Below are positions 7,916 to 11,967 of a DNA stretch of 11,967 nt, one piece after another. Below the pieces are notes generated by a model, which had not been told where the DNA came from, searched no databases, and saw nothing but the letters and a program-made list of their open reading frames with translations. Every line of letters begins with the position of its first letter. Position 1 is the first letter of the stretch. A program made the position numbers and the translations under genes. The stretch is from Thermodesulfobacteriota bacterium (lineage in GTDB: Bacteria; Desulfobacterota_D; UBA1144; Nemesobacterales; N074bin48): contig JBFFSH010000080.1 of the NCBI GenBank assembly GCA_041572575.1, positions 1 to 11,967 of the forward strand. Reading direction: 5' to 3'.

Positions 7916-8761
7916 TTACCAACCTCTATTGAAATATTTTTTAGGTCTTACAATATTTTTCGTATACAAGGGATGTTTAAAATCATGAAAGACATACATT
8001 TTGTCGTTCCATTCAGACTTTATTAATCTTTTAAATGATAAACCATTGATCTTATCAATTTTCTTATATTTATTTTTATTATTAAATTCATTTATTGCGA
8101 GCAGTTCACCAGCAAATTGAGTATGTAGTTCCCAATCATCACCTACTATGTCATCGAAATAGCAAAATGTCCTAGGCAAGAAAAATTCATGTTCAGCTTC
8201 AAATAGTTTTAAAGAATTAACAGTAGAAGAGTAGTAATCAACATCGATGGAAACAAATCCTATTGGCGAAGGTTTTACATCATTAATAAAATTGATAATT
8301 GTATCGGATATGTTTCCCAAGATTAAAGATGATTTTTTTGAATTTTGATTAAGGGCATCATAATTCATTTCAAATAAACCTGGTCTCCATAAATAGGGCA
8401 GATCTTTATAATCTACAGGCTTAGGCATACCCTCGGCAGTATCAAAACCATATATATCAATGCTTATTCCTAGCTCCTTAGTGATTTCATCGGACATCCA
8501 TTCAAGTTCTAATAAACCTCTTCCAGCTGCAACGCCAAATTCAATCGCGGATATCTTATCTATACCAAGAGCTCTTGCTTGCAATGCTGACATAAATAGT
8601 CCATATCCATAATTTGGTCTTAACATAGCATCCCATTGGAGTTTTGTGCTAAAGGATGAGCGAGGATAAATGGAAACTATTAATCGTATCAATTGCTTGG
8701 GATCAACAATTGCCCTGGATATTAGTTTTGGACTTTTTCTAATATATTCTAGTAATGTCAT
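7916..8761 (-). CDS. TylF/MycF/NovP-like SAM-dependent O-methyltransferase-fold protein
   Basis: AIEFGVAAG, IYGFDTAEGMP, ILGNISDTI, FVSIDVDYYSST and YFDD occur in the order of the TylF-family motifs. ATG at 8761 preferred over TTG at 8767. Confidence 0.65.
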   Translation of the reverse strand: MTLLEYIRKSPKLISRAIVDPKQLIRLIVSIYPRSSFSTKLQWDAMLRPNYGYGLFMSALQARALGIDKISAIEFGVAAGRGLLELEWMSDEITKELGISIDIYGFDTAEGMPKPVDYKDLPYLWRPGLFEMNYDALNQNSKKSSLILGNISDTIINFINDVKPSPIGFVSIDVDYYSSTVNSLKLFEAEHEFFLPRTFCYFDDIVGDDWELHTQFAGELLAINEFNNKNKYKKIDKINGLSFKRLIKSEWNDKMYVFHDFKHPLYTKNIVRPKKYFNRGW

Positions 8762-8903
8762 TATCAATGATTATATAATTCCAAATATATTTATTATAGA
8801 ATTTATACCTAAACAATATAGAGCTTTCAATTTTAATCATAGAAACTGCTTTTTACTTGAACATTTCACTGAAAATTCAGGATAAGCAATAAGGTTTGTT
8901 TAT

Positions 8904-10261
8904 TTAAGATACGTCAAAAACGCTGCCCGTAACATTTCCAAAAATAATTTCGTAAATTTTCTCAGCTACAATCTCAGGAGACAACAAGCTTCGGGGATCT
9001 TCTCTTCCAAAGTTTTTAAATCTAAGAGGAGTATTTACTCTTGTTGGGCTTATAACATTAACTGAGATATTCTGGCTGCTGACCTCTTCTGATAACGCCT
9101 GGCAAAAATTTACCAAAGCTGCCTTAGAGCTGCTATACGCGGCATATCCTTCTCTTCCTCTCGTATAAGAGCTTGATGCTATGAAAATAAGACTACCACC
9201 ACCTTGTTTCTTGAAGAAAGGGATTGAAGTTTTAGAAATATTGAAGCAGCCAGAGACATTTGTGTCATAAACTTCTTTCCAATCTTCGGTGTTCATGAAT
9301 TCAACATTATTGCGTAGCAGGATTCCGGCACTGTTTATGATGCAATCTATTCTCTTTTCTTTCTTCCAAATTCTTTCTAAGGTGGATTTAACACTTGAAA
9401 AATTTCTAATATCTATTTTGGGCTTAGTATGTCTGCTCAGTGAATATACTTTTGCTGAATTATTTTCAAGCTCCGTTTTAATCGCCAGGCCTATCCCACT
9501 TGTACCACCGATTATAATAAAAACCTTGTCCTTTAGCTGGTTAAGCTGTTTTTTTGATGGAGTAAAATCATTCGAAATATTTTTTAGTTGAAACAGCTTG
9601 TCTGCAATATGGTGATCAATTGGATATGTTATCTTGATATTTTGTTCATCACCCATTACTGTAAAAACCTTGTACCCCAACCTTAATGTAAGATAACAGT
9701 CATCAGTAGAATTTGTTATGGTATCTTTAATTGCTTTTAAATGCGCATTTTTTATGAGATCATACTCAAATGCTTGAGGTGTTTGCCCACGTCTTATGAG
9801 TTTTCTATCAGGTATGTTTGTGATAAATCCATCTTGATCTATTTCAACCATTGTATCTGATGTTGGAATCACGGTATCTACTGATTTATGTTTTTTAACT
9901 GCTTTTATAAGTTCTATTATGATGTTCTCTGATACAAAAGGTCTAACAGCATCATGTATAAGAACATATCCTGTGTTTTCTCCGCAGCAGTCAATTCCTA
10001 TTTTTGAGGATTCCTGTCTAGTTTTACCTCCAACTATAATTTTTTTAATCTTGGTGATATTATTTTGTATAACAATCTCCCAAGTGTGTTGAATATATTC
10101 TTCTAAAGAAACTATAATGATTTCATCAATCTTATCACAAAACTCAAAAGGTTTCAATGTATGTATTAATATAGGTAACCCCGCAAGTTTTAGGAATTGT
10201 TTGGGCACTTCATTTTTAAACCTGGAACCACTACCCGATGCTAATAGATTATATTGATCAT
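8904..10261 (-). CDS. Bifunctional IspD/TarI-type cytidylyltransferase + SDR reductase (Bcs1/Acs1-like CDP-ribitol synthase), frameshifted at about 10247 as given
   Basis: N-domain: LLASGSGSRF...PKQF, GGKTRQES, VLIHDAVRPFV, GQTPQAF, TDDC, NIKITYPID. C-domain: IIGGTSGIG, INSAG, YSSSK, NTPLRFKNFG. The GSGSR motif lies upstream of the ORF-track start (10208), and the only nearby ATG (10261) is out of frame by one base. Confidence 0.85.
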
Positions 10262-10268
10262 GAGTAAA

Positions 10269-11501
10269 TCAGGAAGTTGAATAGTTAGATTGTATATGAT
10301 TCCATAATCTTTTTGATGAATTTGCGTCAGTATGATCGAATATCTTATCTCCTAACTGTTTTCTCGACTTATAATAATGATCCATGGCACTATCTGTAAT
10401 AATGTTGAGTATTTCATTTTGTAATTCGGACTGATTATTTACAATTGCGCCGGGGGTAAATGTATCATATTTAAAGTACATTTCTCTATTCTTCTCTAAA
10501 TAATTTTTAAGATCATAACTAAAAAATATTATAGATTTATTTAGTAACAGGTAATCAAAATAGGTTGAAGAATAATCTGTAATTAAAATGTCTGATAATC
10601 CAAATAATGGATACATGTCACTTGAGCTTTTGTATTCAATGATATTATCCAGATTAATCGGGGGTCGGGAACTTACAGTGTTTGGGTGAAATTTAAATAC
10701 AAAAACTATGTTGTTATCCTTAGCAAAAATTGAAAGGATTTGTAAATCCAATTTGCTATCCTCTATTATATCTCCACCCGTATCTCTAAACGTTGGTGTG
10801 TAGAGGACTATTTTGTAGTTGCTTTCTTTAAACCCTAAGATCCTTTGATAGTTATCAATATCAGTTTCTATAAGATGCAAATTGTCTGGCGGATTAAATA
10901 AAATATCATTTCTCGGATAACCGGTATTTATTATATTCTTTGATTTAAATGCTGAGCATAAAGCAGCAGAGGAAATATATTGAGAAGTGGATACTAAACA
11001 GTCGTAGGTGGGATATCTACATCCAAGAATATTGCGTATTTTAATGTAAAGTGAGTTATTGTTTTTAGTCTCTATATCTGTATCCAATTCAATTTTTTTA
11101 AGCGGTATTCCATGCCAAAGCTGAATCTTAAGACAATTAATAAGCAGATGGTATTTTATGTTTGTTATCCATGTCCAGTTATCTACAATCAAAATGTTTG
11201 ATCTTATAAGAATCCATATAGATTTAAGTGAGGGGTATTTAAGAACAGGGAGTCTATGTTCATTTAATATATCAAAAGTGTTAATGTTTTCAGTGATAAA
11301 ATAATATTCAAAACCTTGGGGATTTAATTCGTGCAGGTATAAATAAAAGTATTTCACATTGTCTGTAAAACTACCATCATCTCTTCCGATAAAAGTAATA
11401 AGGTTTTTTTGTTTTCTGATAAGATAAGATAGAGGAGCTGCTAACAACCAGCCAACAAGTAGTTGAAGTAAAAAAACGGGTATTTTCCTAAGATCATTCA
11501 T
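10269..11501 (-). CDS. CDP-glycerol/CDP-ribitol:poly(polyol-phosphate) phosphotransferase family protein (TagB/TagF/TarF-like)
   Basis: Motifs QLWHGIPLKKI, TGYPRND, LYTPTFRD, KFHP and DILITDYSSTYFDY. Start placed at ATG 11501, which overlaps the upstream stop (ATGAATGA). Hydrophobic N-terminal segment. Confidence 0.92.
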   Translation of the reverse strand: MNDLRKIPVFLLQLLVGWLLAAPLSYLIRKQKNLITFIGRDDGSFTDNVKYFYLYLHELNPQGFEYYFITENINTFDILNEHRLPVLKYPSLKSIWILIRSNILIVDNWTWITNIKYHLLINCLKIQLWHGIPLKKIELDTDIETKNNNSLYIKIRNILGCRYPTYDCLVSTSQYISSAALCSAFKSKNIINTGYPRNDILFNPPDNLHLIETDIDNYQRILGFKESNYKIVLYTPTFRDTGGDIIEDSKLDLQILSIFAKDNNIVFVFKFHPNTVSSRPPINLDNIIEYKSSSDMYPLFGLSDILITDYSSTYFDYLLLNKSIIFFSYDLKNYLEKNREMYFKYDTFTPGAIVNNQSELQNEILNIITDSAMDHYYKSRKQLGDKIFDHTDANSSKRLWNHIQSNYSTS

Positions 11502-11967
11502 CTGATAAAGTTTTCCAGATTTCTGCAGCATTTTTTAAGTCCTGCTCAAAATCAACTTCTATGCATAGTCTTTTGCCAATATTAGCCGGATAGAATTTAA
11601 TTCCCTTTTCTATAGCTAATTCTACTGCTTTTTCATGATAGTCATTGTCGCTGCAGGATTGCAGACACTTTTTAAATTCATTTATGTAGCGATGATTTAA
11701 ATAGTTTATACCAACGGCTTCCCCAAGCGGATCATTTACTGTTTTAGACAGATAGTTTATTGTATTGTCTTTGCCAAGGCTATATTTCACTTCTTCTTCA
11801 CTTACTCTGGCATTGTTTACACAAATCAGATTTTGGTCTCTGTAATTTAGAATTAGCTCATTTATAGATGGATCGAATACAACATCACCATTTATGTAAA
11901 TTGCATCTTCATTTATATCTATCATTTCTAATCCTCTTAGCAGGCTTTTAGATGTGTTAGTGGTTTC
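11494..11967 (-). CDS. Phosphocholine cytidylyltransferase (LicC-like) / NTP-transferase family protein, 5' end outside the window
   Basis: The frame is open to the window end (ETTNTSKSLLRGLEMI...). Motifs TNTSKSL, INGDVVFD, EEEVKY, GEAVGIN and IEVDFEQDL. Confidence 0.8.
   Translation of the reverse strand, partial: ETTNTSKSLLRGLEMIDINEDAIYINGDVVFDPSINELILNYRDQNLICVNNARVSEEEVKYSLGKDNTINYLSKTVNDPLGEAVGINYLNHRYINEFKKCLQSCSDNDYHEKAVELAIEKGIKFYPANIGKRLCIEVDFEQDLKNAAEIWKTLSDE

Noticed and set aside
8670..9591. Short ORFs 8670..8885 and 9289..9591
   Set aside because: Antisense to the minus-strand cluster, with no motif support.
8904..10208. Calling this gene ispD or ispDF of the MEP pathway
   Set aside because: The C-terminal domain is an SDR rather than IspF, and the context is a polyol-phosphate transferase cluster.
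10269..10271. Selenocysteine insertion or an alternative genetic code at the TGA between the TagF-like and Bcs1-like genes
   Set aside because: rpoZ and the NTP transferase end in TGA at plausible C-termini, the position is not catalytic, and the AT-rich downstream sequence shows no convincing SECIS. A frameshift from ATG 10261 is simpler.
1..11967. CRISPR arrays, tRNA/rRNA genes, long tandem repeats, phase-variable simple repeats
   Set aside because: None seen. The longest homopolymers I noticed (7-8 A/T) are unremarkable at this AT content and do not coincide with the frameshift.

Overview
AT-rich bacterial chromosomal window; the RpoZ sequence suggests a deltaproteobacteria-like lineage, which is an inference. 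The central block is intact: a crotonase-family enzyme, two tandem FmdB-type zinc-ribbon paralogs, hisIE, rpoZ, a hydantoinase/oxoprolinase A-type protein and an FAD-dependent oxidoreductase. The left flank holds the left end of an IS3-family element (1..139, missed by the ORF track) inserted into a DUF1287 gene, plus a sulfotransferase-fold gene split by an in-frame TAA. The right flank is a more AT-rich, minus-strand, teichoic-acid-like surface-polymer cluster: LicC-like nucleotidyltransferase, TagF/TarF-like transferase, Bcs1-like cytidylyltransferase-reductase fusion with a frameshift at its 5' end, and a TylF-like O-methyltransferase. The most unusual element is the zinc-ribbon pair, whose CxxC halves are separated by a homologous ~75-aa insert of opposite charge in the two copies. 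No tRNA, rRNA or CRISPR array was seen.
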